Assembly: GCA_050179755.1 (NCBI GenBank)
Contig: JBFXEV010000001.1
Span: 521,994-585,993, forward strand
Length of the DNA: 64,000 nucleotides
Reading direction: 5' to 3'
Source of the DNA: Candidatus Babeliales bacterium
Lineage (GTDB): Bacteria; Babelota; Babeliae; Babelales; JBFXEV01
Shown: piece after piece, positions 49,794 through 59,725 of the stretch
How the letters are laid out: each line of letters opens with the position of its first letter
Position numbering within the stretch: position 1 is the first letter of the stretch
Notes under the pieces: generated by a model
What the model saw: the letters and a program-made list of their open reading frames with translations, nothing else
Told to the model about the DNA's origin: nothing
Databases searched by the model: none
Translations under genes and position numbers: made by a program

Positions 49794-51209
49794 TTACCAA
49801 CGCAATTTAAACTTACAAAATCCTACAAAACTCATACGCAGCAAATACATGGCCGCATGGAACCTCCTAATTTGGGTGACGCCATACGTGCGTGCTTTAT
49901 AATGCACAGGTAAATCAATTATTTTTAAATTTTGCTTTGCAGCGCCAAAGAGTAAATCAAAATCACCAAACGGGTCAAATTCACCAAAGAATGCGCGATT
50001 TGCAACGATTTTTTCATAATCAGACTTTAAAAGCACTTTAGTCCCACATAGTGTATCTTTGAGCCGTTGGCCAAGCACCCAAGAAAATCCAACACCAAAC
50101 ATAAAATTGGCAATCAAATTCAAAAAGCGCATTGCTTCATCTTCCATGCCATAAATCAAGCGGGAGCCGTTAATGCATTCTCCTTGTGCGGAGATTAACG
50201 CGTTAAAAAAGCGTGGCATTTCTTCGGGCGGCGTGGTCAAATCACCATCAAGAATAATAAGCACGTCGCCTTTTGCATGAGCAAACCCTTTGCGCATGCC
50301 GTCGCCCTTGCCTTTGCCATCTTGCACTAAGCATTTAATATCTTTTTCCGGGTAAGCAGCCTGCACGCGTTTGATTTCATCAAGCGTGCCGTCTTTAGAG
50401 TGCCCTTCTACAAAAATAAACTCAGTATGTTTGCCCATTAACGGTGTGCGGGTGATAGCAGCTTCTACATTGCCGCGTTCATTTTTTACGGGAACTACCA
50501 CGCTTACGGTTACTTCATTAGCTTTCAGTTGTGTATAGATAGGGCGTGCAATGATCCATTGATTTAAACATAAGCGATCAATAAGTGGTATAGTTTGAAA
50601 GATGGCATTCACAACCCACGAAAATCCAGGGATATAAAGCGGAAATACCATTTGCCGGCCATGAGTTACCACATCAAAACCTGCAAGAGCTAAAAAATTG
50701 CGCATATCATACATAGATACCCAATTTTTTAATTGTGTTGGTCTTCGCAAACCAAGTTTTTGTAAGAGCCATAACGTGGGGTTCCACAGAGCGGAGTAAA
50801 AATCTATAACAATGCGCGTGCGGTTATGGCAATATGGCTTGAGTGATTCAAAAAGGTCTTGAATGTCATATACTTCCATGGTGGTTGATGAAAGTATGAT
50901 GTAATCAAATTGTTCAGAAATGTGTAGATCTTTAAGCGTGCCTACATGGAATTGATACTGTGGATATTTATGGCGTGCAAGTTCAATATTGTGCGTATCA
51001 TCATCTATGCCCACGCCTAATGCGGGTTGCACCGCTGCAAGTTTGCTTGCTGTTTTGCAACCAACTTGTAATACCTTTACGTTTTGGGGGATAGTGAATT
51101 GATAAAAATGGTCTATAAAGGAGTGATAGTACCAATTTTTCTTGAGCCAATATTCATATGATTTTGATTCAAGTTCTTTTATTTCTTCTGCACTTTTTGC
51201 ATATGCCAT
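49794..51209 (-). CDS. Methyltransferase-like / GT2 glycosyltransferase fusion
   Basis: N-terminal VLQVGC..GVGID..FDYIILS; C-terminal VVVP.KNE.GN, LDGDLTTPPEE, DTLCGTK, DPFGDFDLLFGA. Confidence 0.88.
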   Translation of the reverse strand: MAYAKSAEEIKELESKSYEYWLKKNWYYHSFIDHFYQFTIPQNVKVLQVGCKTASKLAAVQPALGVGIDDDTHNIELARHKYPQYQFHVGTLKDLHISEQFDYIILSSTTMEVYDIQDLFESLKPYCHNRTRIVIDFYSALWNPTLWLLQKLGLRRPTQLKNWVSMYDMRNFLALAGFDVVTHGRQMVFPLYIPGFSWVVNAIFQTIPLIDRLCLNQWIIARPIYTQLKANEVTVSVVVPVKNERGNVEAAITRTPLMGKHTEFIFVEGHSKDGTLDEIKRVQAAYPEKDIKCLVQDGKGKGDGMRKGFAHAKGDVLIILDGDLTTPPEEMPRFFNALISAQGECINGSRLIYGMEDEAMRFLNLIANFMFGVGFSWVLGQRLKDTLCGTKVLLKSDYEKIVANRAFFGEFDPFGDFDLLFGAAKQNLKIIDLPVHYKARTYGVTQIRRFHAAMYLLRMSFVGFCKFKLRW

Positions 51210-51290
51210 CGTTATCTCCTTTAAAAATTTTACTTCATGCTTACCATACCATAAATTGAAATGACGGCAAATGTGAATAGCACTTTTTAA

Positions 51291-51665
51291 TTATTCTCCT
51301 GCGATAGTCATGGTGCCATCATCTGATTGAATTATGGTTATTTTTTTAGTTTTGCTTTCTACAAGTTTTTGCCATTCTTGAAGCAATTTAATAAATTGAT
51401 CGATTGAAATTTTGAAAAATGCGCCACCATCGGGTTCATCGGCAAATAAAGATCCAATTAAAATAAAATTATTTTTTTTCTCAAGCCATGCGCTATTAGT
51501 TCCGGTTATGAATTCATGAGGATTTAAGGCCCATTTTGTAAATGTAGGAATTGAATGTAATCGAATATCATTTAAGAAATAACCAAGATATCCAATTTTC
51601 CCTACATATTCATCAATTGTATAAGTTTTGAAGTTATCTGGGAGTGTTATTAATAATTTTTGCAT
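51291..51665 (-). CDS. Putative immunity protein of the EndoU toxin
   Basis: 124 aa; ATG overlaps toxin stop (TAATG). Confidence 0.7.
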   Translation of the reverse strand: MQKLLITLPDNFKTYTIDEYVGKIGYLGYFLNDIRLHSIPTFTKWALNPHEFITGTNSAWLEKKNNFILIGSLFADEPDGGAFFKISIDQFIKLLQEWQKLVESKTKKITIIQSDDGTMTIAGE

Positions 51666-53953
51666 TAATTCTCGATTACAGGATATGCGGTTACTATATT
51701 ACATTTGTTATCAATATACATTTCTATTTCCATTCCAGAATTAGTTTTGCTTTTAATATGATATTTTCCATCTAATTCAGGTCCTTTTTTTATTCCGGTA
51801 GCTTTAAAATTTTCATAAGCTTCAATAATGCTTTCTAAAACTTGAGTTCGTGTCCAATGCTTAGGGAAAAAAGTTTTCGCTGTTTTTGTGCCATTCCATA
51901 TTACATCAGCCATATATTCGCCAAATTCACCAATCTTTAAGTTTTCAAGCGTAATTACGCCCTTTTCTTCTAGAATGCCCAAGAAATCATGATGGAAACC
52001 TTTTATCTGATTCGTGCTTTTTGGGTCAATAGTAAATATATGCTCAATTTTAATTTTTAAATACCGATTAGAATTTTCTCGCCAGTCTTCACATTTTTTT
52101 TCAGCAACAAATAAACGAAGCATTTCCATTTCTGCTTGATTTGTATTTGTAACATTAGTTACAGCGGTAATTGCTTGCTGCGCAGCGCCAGTCAATAAGT
52201 TGGGTGTTTCACGTGATATTGCATTTTTAACAAATTCAATTGCTTCAACACGTTCTTTTAGCAGATTTTTGGTAATACTTTTTTGAACATCATTAAAGTT
52301 TTTTGTAATAGATGTGATTCTGGGTGGCATGGCATTTGTAGAAACCAAATGACCACCTGCTGATGCAGGAACTTCTAAACTAGGAATAGCTTTAACGTTA
52401 ATAACTTCTTTCCACGTGCCTGCTTCATCCATAACCCATTCACAATAATGCTCTGATCTTGATACGTTTCTTTGCACAAAATTTTCAACAGTCTTGCAAG
52501 TTCTGGCAATGCGATTACATGTTTTGGAGATTGCTTTATTGCTAAATAACTCTAATTTGGTAGACAGAGCATTGATGCTAGGTTTTGCAATATGCTTGAT
52601 AGCAGCTGATTTTGCTTTGCCTACTTGCTTTAAGAATTTACCGGTAAAATAAAGCTCGAATGCAAATGCAACTATTTTTTGTGTTTTTTCTTCTGTAGGT
52701 AACTTTGCAAATTCTTCTGAAGCTTGGTTGTAATAGGCTTTTAATGTTTGTACATCATTGATAAAATCAGGATTTTGTAATTCATATGGGGCAAAAGTAT
52801 CTTCTCGATCTTTATTGTAAACGGGAAAATAGCCTATTTCATTGCAAGCGCCATCAAAACCAACATGCTGAGCAAGATCATTTAGTTCCACCATGCCATG
52901 CAATAAAAATTTGCCAACTTCATTACCCAAAATAATAAGATTTTCGCCCGTTTCAATAGGATGCCTGATCATATGGCAAGTATTTTTTACAATATTAGCG
53001 CCACCTTCAACAGCTCCAACAACAACTGCCCCTACTTGTTTGATAATCATTGCAAGTCTTGGATATTCAGCTTCGTTGAGCCATCTACAGTAATCCGCAA
53101 TTTTAAAGCCGCGAACTATGTCGCCTTGTGTATTTAGTTGGCGAGCAAGGTCAGCGCCTTCTACTACTAGATCGGTAAATAGCGGATTTTCCTGGTGTTC
53201 AGAAAATATTTTATTAATTTCATAATTGGTAGTTAGAATTTCTAATATTTCTTGGTGCAAGCGATGTTGGATTATATTACCATGGCATTTTGCAAAACTT
53301 TTAGCATGTAAGGCATTTTCTTGCATGTAAGACCCAAGTGCTGTTGGTATGCTATAGGTCTTTTCATATACAATGGGGTCATTTTCTGCATGATTAAAAA
53401 CTTCTAAACGTTCAGTATAGCGTTGTTGTACGGTGTCAAAAGGATATTGCTCAAGTTCAAGAATAGATTGTGCAATTTCATCTTTATACTTATTAAAAGA
53501 AGGCTGCCGCTCAACAGTTTCTTCATCTTCTAACCAATTAACTGTAGTTTCAATGCCATCACCAATTTTATCTAATATTTTGCCTGGGGTTTTAACGATT
53601 TTTTTGCCCAGAGCAGCTACTCGTTTTCCTGAACTCTTTATTCCTTGCCAAATACCTTTGCCAATATTTTTCCATGCGTCTTTAAAGTCTTCAAAGCCAG
53701 TCGGTTCATTAGATGATCGAGTATGAGTTGGAAAATCCCACGTATAATCATGGATAACGCGCACGTTAACATGATCTTGTATCATTTCAGGTAACGATTG
53801 TAATTTATATTTTGAGTCAGATTTGAAATCTAAATAATGTTTATTAGTTTGTGAATCATAATAATAGTCAGAATCACAAAAACTAGCCGCGTACCAAAAG
53901 AAAACTGAATAGCAAAGTAAGACTGATATAAAGAAATGATGTTTTTTGTACAT
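51665..53953 (-). CDS. Putative polymorphic toxin B with C-terminal bacterial EndoU nuclease domain
   Basis: EHIF..KGFHH..KTFFP..WT...V...I.EAY..TAYP EndoU signature; signal peptide MYKKHHFF..AASFC. Confidence 0.85.
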   Translation of the reverse strand: MYKKHHFFISVLLCYSVFFWYAASFCDSDYYYDSQTNKHYLDFKSDSKYKLQSLPEMIQDHVNVRVIHDYTWDFPTHTRSSNEPTGFEDFKDAWKNIGKGIWQGIKSSGKRVAALGKKIVKTPGKILDKIGDGIETTVNWLEDEETVERQPSFNKYKDEIAQSILELEQYPFDTVQQRYTERLEVFNHAENDPIVYEKTYSIPTALGSYMQENALHAKSFAKCHGNIIQHRLHQEILEILTTNYEINKIFSEHQENPLFTDLVVEGADLARQLNTQGDIVRGFKIADYCRWLNEAEYPRLAMIIKQVGAVVVGAVEGGANIVKNTCHMIRHPIETGENLIILGNEVGKFLLHGMVELNDLAQHVGFDGACNEIGYFPVYNKDREDTFAPYELQNPDFINDVQTLKAYYNQASEEFAKLPTEEKTQKIVAFAFELYFTGKFLKQVGKAKSAAIKHIAKPSINALSTKLELFSNKAISKTCNRIARTCKTVENFVQRNVSRSEHYCEWVMDEAGTWKEVINVKAIPSLEVPASAGGHLVSTNAMPPRITSITKNFNDVQKSITKNLLKERVEAIEFVKNAISRETPNLLTGAAQQAITAVTNVTNTNQAEMEMLRLFVAEKKCEDWRENSNRYLKIKIEHIFTIDPKSTNQIKGFHHDFLGILEEKGVITLENLKIGEFGEYMADVIWNGTKTAKTFFPKHWTRTQVLESIIEAYENFKATGIKKGPELDGKYHIKSKTNSGMEIEMYIDNKCNIVTAYPVIEN

Positions 53954-54114
53954 AGCCATCCTAGATGCGAACTTTCTAATGCATAGCGTTGCTTCATGCT
54001 TACCATACCATAAATTATGATCCAAGCAACTCAAGACCCTTGTCTTTGCCTTGCAAAAAAATATACAGTAATAAAAAAGAGAGTGCCTATACTAAATCTG
54101 GGGAAATGGAGATT

Positions 54115-55026
54115 ATGCAAGCTCGTATGTTTTTTGTGGTTTTAGTATGTATTGCTAATCTACAAGCTAACGTTTTTAATAATTCTTCATCAAGTTATCC
54201 TTATATTTCTGGTCATACGTTCCGCGCATGTTGCAACCATGTTATACCTAATATGAGTAGTTCTTTTAGGCCAGAAGCGGTAAAAGATGGGGATACGGTT
54301 TTTTTATGCGGTGATTTTTTAAAACAATTTTTTTTGCAATATCATCCACGCATTAGGGCACGTTATATATTAATAACGCACGATACTATTCACAATGCGC
54401 CGGGAATACGATTTAAAAAGTTTCTAAGCAGCCAGACGTTGGCGTTTTGGTTTGGCAAAAATACCAATATGCCGGATCATCCAAAAATGATAAGTATTCC
54501 TATTGGGCTTGCCAATAATCATTGGAAGCATGGCAAAACGGCATTATTTGATCAAGTTATTAAAGAAATAAACAAGGGCAAGATAGAAAAAAATACATTG
54601 CTTTATATGAATTTTGAACGATCAACCTATAAATCTGAGCGTGATATAGTATATGATTATTTTAAAGATAAACCATTTTGCACTATTGCCCAACGCAAAC
54701 CAACCATTGATTACCTGCGTGATCTTGCTTCATCCAAGTTTGTGCTGAGTCCACGAGGATCGGGCGTTGATTGCCATAGAACATGGGAGGCATTGTTAAT
54801 GGGTAGCTATCCTATAGTAATATCTTCATTCCTTGACGTGTTGTTTGAGGATTTACCCGTTGTTATTATACAAGATTGGCAACAGATCACGCCTGATTTT
54901 TTGAAACAAAAATATCAGGAATTTGCACAAAAACAATTTAATATGGAAAAATGCTACATGCCTTATTGGTTAGATTTAATTGCGCAAGCACAAGAAGATG
55001 TGCGCGCATCTTGCTTGGCTATTTAA
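54115..55026 (+). CDS. Exostosin/GT47-like glycosyltransferase
   Basis: SKFVLSPRG.GVDCHRTWEALLMGSYPIV; signal peptide; start at MQARMFF. Confidence 0.65.
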   Translation: MQARMFFVVLVCIANLQANVFNNSSSSYPYISGHTFRACCNHVIPNMSSSFRPEAVKDGDTVFLCGDFLKQFFLQYHPRIRARYILITHDTIHNAPGIRFKKFLSSQTLAFWFGKNTNMPDHPKMISIPIGLANNHWKHGKTALFDQVIKEINKGKIEKNTLLYMNFERSTYKSERDIVYDYFKDKPFCTIAQRKPTIDYLRDLASSKFVLSPRGSGVDCHRTWEALLMGSYPIVISSFLDVLFEDLPVVIIQDWQQITPDFLKQKYQEFAQKQFNMEKCYMPYWLDLIAQAQEDVRASCLAI

Positions 55027-55987
55027 TAAACGCATCTGGTCGCATCCAACTGCACGCCCAATAATGAATTGCAAAAGACTCGGGCTTAATATATTTTTCA
55101 GATTCCTGAATAGTTAGATTACGATGCGTATTGGGCAGTGGATAAAAAAAGCTGCACGGTAGCACAATAATGGGGCCATCATACGTTCTCGCAACATCCA
55201 TAAAACTTTTAGTGAAAAACCCTGGTCCTGTTTGAGAGATCACAAGGCCAAACGCTTTTTTAAGATACTCAGGATCATCTTTTGAAAGTTGTTTTAGCGT
55301 ATCGGTACTTGCAGCTAATTTCTCGATGCATTGCTTTAATATTGGGTGCTTTGGGCGTGCGCCAATAAGCCCGTTTGCAATTTCAATATTGCCGCAATTA
55401 TTTAAGCCTGAGTAAAAATCATAGCAATGGTGCAAAATATCAAATTTTTGTAAGCATCTAAAATCGCAATCGGCATAAAGCCCGCCAATTTCATATAAAA
55501 TATGATAACGGAAAATATCTGCTTTTTGGCCATAATTTACCGCTGCATCAAATAGTTCTTGGTTATGGATTTTCATATGTTTAACATCATCATCGCGCCA
55601 TAATTTGTATTCCCAATCAGGGTGAAATTTTTGCCATGTTTTTTGAAAGGCAGGTAAATAAGCTGGCGGGTTGCCACCAAGCCAGATTTGATGAATTATT
55701 TTAGGGATTAATGGTTTTGCTGATACGCGCACATTTGGCAGTTGGTTTTTATCATAGAGTTTATGAAAAAAAGAGTACCATTCTTTATCGTCTGGCGATT
55801 GCACGTTAAACACTAACTTACGTGGCCCCATGGATTCTAGAAAATCAACATGTAATGGAAAGCCAGGTGACGGCCAATAGGGACTTTCATTGATGGGTGT
55901 TTGTTTAAAAAAGTCTTGTTTTATGGCAATGGCTGAAAGAAGTGCTGCAGATAAGCAAAGTGCTATAACCAGTATTTTTTTTTGCAT
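55019..55987 (-). CDS. GT32 (OCH1-like, DxD) glycosyltransferase
   Basis: IPKIIHQIWLG, W..FHPDWEY.LW, ADIFRY.ILY..GGLYADCD, TGPG. Confidence 0.9.
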   Translation of the reverse strand: MQKKILVIALCLSAALLSAIAIKQDFFKQTPINESPYWPSPGFPLHVDFLESMGPRKLVFNVQSPDDKEWYSFFHKLYDKNQLPNVRVSAKPLIPKIIHQIWLGGNPPAYLPAFQKTWQKFHPDWEYKLWRDDDVKHMKIHNQELFDAAVNYGQKADIFRYHILYEIGGLYADCDFRCLQKFDILHHCYDFYSGLNNCGNIEIANGLIGARPKHPILKQCIEKLAASTDTLKQLSKDDPEYLKKAFGLVISQTGPGFFTKSFMDVARTYDGPIIVLPCSFFYPLPNTHRNLTIQESEKYIKPESFAIHYWACSWMRPDAFIK

Positions 55988-56004
55988 TTATATATCTTTC
56001 ATCT

Positions 56005-57000
56005 TTAAAAGTGCAACATTGAACTATCAATTGACGTGCACAAAGGTATCGTTTGAGATGCTTTTTTGTAGTGCTCAGCAACGTACCAATCAATTGTTTT
56101 TTTAAGTCCATCTTCCAAGCGAGTGGCTGCATGCCAACCCAAGTTGTTTATTTTTTCTACGTTCAAGACTTTGCGGGGTGTGCCATCTGGTTTTGATGTA
56201 TCAAATATAAGCTCACCCTGATAACCCGTTAATTTTTTAATTAAAAGAGCAAGGTTTTTAATACTCATATCTTTGCCGGTGCCAATATTAATATGCAAAT
56301 TTTCATCGTAATTATGCATTAAAAAAATAAGAGCATTTGCAAGATCCTCTACATACAAAAATTCTCGCAGTGCGTTGCCGGTGCCCCAAACAGTGACTGT
56401 TTTATGTTGTTCATGTTGCGCTTTGCATATTTTTGCAATGAGTGCAGGAATAACATGTGACGTTTCAAGATCAAAGTTATCACGGGGGCCATATAAGTTT
56501 GTGGGCATGCAAGAAATAAAATGAGTGCCGTATTGTTTATTATATGACTCGCATAAGGCAATGCCGGTAATTTTGGCAAGTGCGTAGGGCTTATTAGTGT
56601 GTTCAAGTGGGCCTGATAATAAATAGCTTTCATTAATTGGTTGTGCGCACTCGCGTGGGTAAATGCATGAAGAGCCGAGGAATAATAATTTAGTAACACC
56701 GTACACATACGCGGCGTGTAGCACATTTGCTTCTATCATCACGTTATCATAAAGAAACTGTGCAGGATACGTATTGTTTGCATAAATACCACCTACTTTT
56801 GCAGCAGCCAAAAATACATACTGAGGTAATTCTTGAGAAAAAAAATCAGTAACCGCTTGCTGATTGCGCAAATCTAATTCTTTTGATGTACGCGTGATAA
56901 TATTTGTATATCCTTGCGCTTGTAATGCATTATGTAATGCAGAACCTACAAGCCCATGGTGACCTGCAACGTATATTTTTGCCTGTTTGTGCATACTCAT
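56005..57000 (-). CDS. fcl: GDP-L-fucose synthase
   Basis: GHHGLVGSA, AAAKVGGI.AN, GSSCIYP, YALAK, MPTNLYGP.DNF, PDGTPRK. Confidence 0.96.
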   Translation of the reverse strand: MSMHKQAKIYVAGHHGLVGSALHNALQAQGYTNIITRTSKELDLRNQQAVTDFFSQELPQYVFLAAAKVGGIYANNTYPAQFLYDNVMIEANVLHAAYVYGVTKLLFLGSSCIYPRECAQPINESYLLSGPLEHTNKPYALAKITGIALCESYNKQYGTHFISCMPTNLYGPRDNFDLETSHVIPALIAKICKAQHEQHKTVTVWGTGNALREFLYVEDLANALIFLMHNYDENLHINIGTGKDMSIKNLALLIKKLTGYQGELIFDTSKPDGTPRKVLNVEKINNLGWHAATRLEDGLKKTIDWYVAEHYKKASQTIPLCTSIDSSMLHF

Positions 57001-58100
57001 TACATTCGAGAAAGTGTTGTTGTTTTTTTAAATTGCCGTTCTTCAATAGGGATATTTTTTTCTTGAAAAATTAAATTATTATCATGTGCTACCATTAACT
57101 GAACAAGCCCTTCAAGATCCATTTTAGGTTCCCAACCAAGTTGTAAGCGCGCTTTAGTGGCGTCACCACATAAAAGATCAACTTCAGTGGGCCTAAAATA
57201 CACGGGGTCTATGGCCACTAGTTGTTTATTGGTGAGCGTATCGTAGCCAACTTCATAAACACCTGTGCCCTTCCAGCCAATAGAAATGCCAATTTGTTTA
57301 AATGCCAGCTCCACAAACGTACGCACCGAATATGTTTTACCAGTGGCAATCACAAAGTCATCAGGGTGTGCTTGTTGCAGCATAAGCCACATAGCTTCTA
57401 CATAATCTTTTGCATAACCCCAGTCACGCTGTGCATCAAGGTTGCCAAGATAAAGCATGTCTTGAAGACCTGCGCCAATACGCACTACGGCGCGCGTAAT
57501 TTTTCTGGTCACAAACGTTTCACCACGGCGTGGTGATTCATGATTAAATAAAATCCCATTACACGCATATATGCCATATGCTTCCCGATAATTAATGGTA
57601 ATCCAATAAGCATATAACTTTGCAGCAGCATACGGTGAGCGTGGATAGAATGGTGTGGTTTCTGATTGCGGCGTATGCGCTATTTTGCCGTAGAGCTCGC
57701 TGGTAGCTGCATTATAAAATCTTATTTTATCAGTCAAGCCAAGTAATCTAATGGCTTCTAGAATGCGCAACGTACCAATTGCATCTGCATTGGCTGTATA
57801 TTCTGGCGTATCAAAAGAAACACGCACGTGCGATTGCGCTGCCAGGTGATAAATTTCATCTGGTTGTATTTCTTGTATAATACGAATAATGTTGGTGGAA
57901 TCGGTTACGTCACCATAATGTAACTTAAATTGAGCATGTTCATCTTCGTGTAAATCAGCATAGAGATGATCAATGCGCTCAGTATTAAATGATGATGCTC
58001 TGCGTTTTATACCGTGAACTTGATAACCTTTTGCAAGCAGAAATTCTGAAAGATAAGAACCATCTTGCCCGGTGATTCCTGTAATGAGTGCTTTTTTCAT
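57000..58100 (-). CDS. gmd: GDP-mannose 4,6-dehydratase
   Basis: [54 protein letters not shown]. Confidence 0.98.
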   Translation of the reverse strand: MKKALITGITGQDGSYLSEFLLAKGYQVHGIKRRASSFNTERIDHLYADLHEDEHAQFKLHYGDVTDSTNIIRIIQEIQPDEIYHLAAQSHVRVSFDTPEYTANADAIGTLRILEAIRLLGLTDKIRFYNAATSELYGKIAHTPQSETTPFYPRSPYAAAKLYAYWITINYREAYGIYACNGILFNHESPRRGETFVTRKITRAVVRIGAGLQDMLYLGNLDAQRDWGYAKDYVEAMWLMLQQAHPDDFVIATGKTYSVRTFVELAFKQIGISIGWKGTGVYEVGYDTLTNKQLVAIDPVYFRPTEVDLLCGDATKARLQLGWEPKMDLEGLVQLMVAHDNNLIFQEKNIPIEERQFKKTTTLSRM

Positions 58101-58243
58101 GTTGCCCTTACATTCTACATTTTTTATTTTTCAAGTATTACAGTGCACCAGAATCTTATGTGTGTCAATCTGAAGTTGTACAAGATATACAAGATAACAT
58201 ATATTGTTTTTGAGTTTATTAAATTGATTATAAGGAGTATCCC

Positions 58244-59725
58244 ATGAACATAGTGCATGCAAGCAAAGAGTTTACATCGTCATATAATTTAAAAAAATTA
58301 TCGGTGCTATTTTTACTAGCATTTACATTACGCGCGCTTGTATTTTATACGTACACGCAGCATGAAATGCGTTATCAACAGCCAGATACTATGGATTATC
58401 ATAATTCTACTATATGCATGTATATTGGCAATGGTATGACGCGCCCGGATAATGGTCAACCAATTTTTTGGCGAACTCCTGGATACTCAGCCTATCTATT
58501 ACCTTTTTATGCATGGTTTAAACCACGCTCAGGTACCTTTCAGGGTAATGAAAATGGCATAAAAGCGGCATTGTGGGCACAAGTTTTTTTAAGTTCTTTT
58601 ACACCAGTTTTGCTTTTTTTTCTTGCATTAGTTCTTACTGGCGTACTTGGGTTAAGTTGGCTTGTAGGTTTTATTTTTGCGGTTCATCCTGGCTTTGTGC
58701 TTGCAAGCGGCTTTTTGCTTACTGAGGCACTATCAGTACTCTTTTTCTTTATTTTTCTTATATTTTTTTATCGCGGTTACCGCATGTGGGGTGAGGGTGT
58801 AGATACACAAACATATCTTGATTTAGTAATTGCAGCACTTTCATTAGGCATCTATACGTGGATGCGGCCTATGGGCCAATTTGTGGGTTTGATAGCATTA
58901 TTAATTCTGGTGCTTTCAAGTAGCTCACTTTTATATAAGAGTAAAAAATGTGCAGTTTTTATTCTTATATTATTAAGCATACTTGCGCCATGGATAGTGC
59001 GTAACTATCGTTGGACTGGGCATGCATTTTTTTGGCCTGGTTCTGGAACCTATTTGGCTTGTTTTAATGTGCCAAAATTAAAAAGACATTTAACGGGCAA
59101 ATCGCTTAAAGAATGCTGGCAAGAAACTATGCATGAAATGTCTATTGAGATACGGAAAGCACAGAGGCAGCTGAGTCTTGAAAAGCCGGGTTATTTTGTT
59201 TCGCAAGAATTAGTGTCAGGCAAACACATGTGGCCATGGATATTTGCGCATCCGTGGCTTGCGTTTAGAGATTGGATGCAAGAAGTGTGCAAAACTACGT
59301 TTGATTTGTATAGCTACCAATTAGTGTCACTGTATGCAGGCACATTTAAAGCAGATCCGATGGAAGAATTTTTAACAGAAAAAATGGCAGCATGTTTATA
59401 TGCGCATCCATTGCCGTGGTATACGCGGGCCATAGTATGGATAGAATTTTTCTGGTCTATTTTCTTGTGGATTGGGTTATGGTTAGGTTTCTTTTTCTTT
59501 TTAGTGCAATCTATTTGGCGCAAACTTGCGGTCACTGACTATTTAAAGAAAATGTTTTTTTTGTGGATTAAAACTGGGCTTTTAATTGGCGCTGTGCTTT
59601 GTATGACGGGTGGCTTTGGTTATGCGCGCTTGCGCATGCCGGTGGAACCACTCATGGTGATACTATCGCTCACGTGGTGGTATTACTTATTTTTTATCGT
59701 GCGAAAAAATATTAGCAAGAAATAA
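58244..59725 (+). CDS. ArnT/PMT-like (GT-C) membrane glycosyltransferase
   Basis: D..Y, RTPGY, LLTEAL, MRP, PWIVRNY, YARLRMPVEP; many TMs. Confidence 0.75.
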   Translation: MNIVHASKEFTSSYNLKKLSVLFLLAFTLRALVFYTYTQHEMRYQQPDTMDYHNSTICMYIGNGMTRPDNGQPIFWRTPGYSAYLLPFYAWFKPRSGTFQGNENGIKAALWAQVFLSSFTPVLLFFLALVLTGVLGLSWLVGFIFAVHPGFVLASGFLLTEALSVLFFFIFLIFFYRGYRMWGEGVDTQTYLDLVIAALSLGIYTWMRPMGQFVGLIALLILVLSSSSLLYKSKKCAVFILILLSILAPWIVRNYRWTGHAFFWPGSGTYLACFNVPKLKRHLTGKSLKECWQETMHEMSIEIRKAQRQLSLEKPGYFVSQELVSGKHMWPWIFAHPWLAFRDWMQEVCKTTFDLYSYQLVSLYAGTFKADPMEEFLTEKMAACLYAHPLPWYTRAIVWIEFFWSIFLWIGLWLGFFFFLVQSIWRKLAVTDYLKKMFFLWIKTGLLIGAVLCMTGGFGYARLRMPVEPLMVILSLTWWYYLFFIVRKNISKK

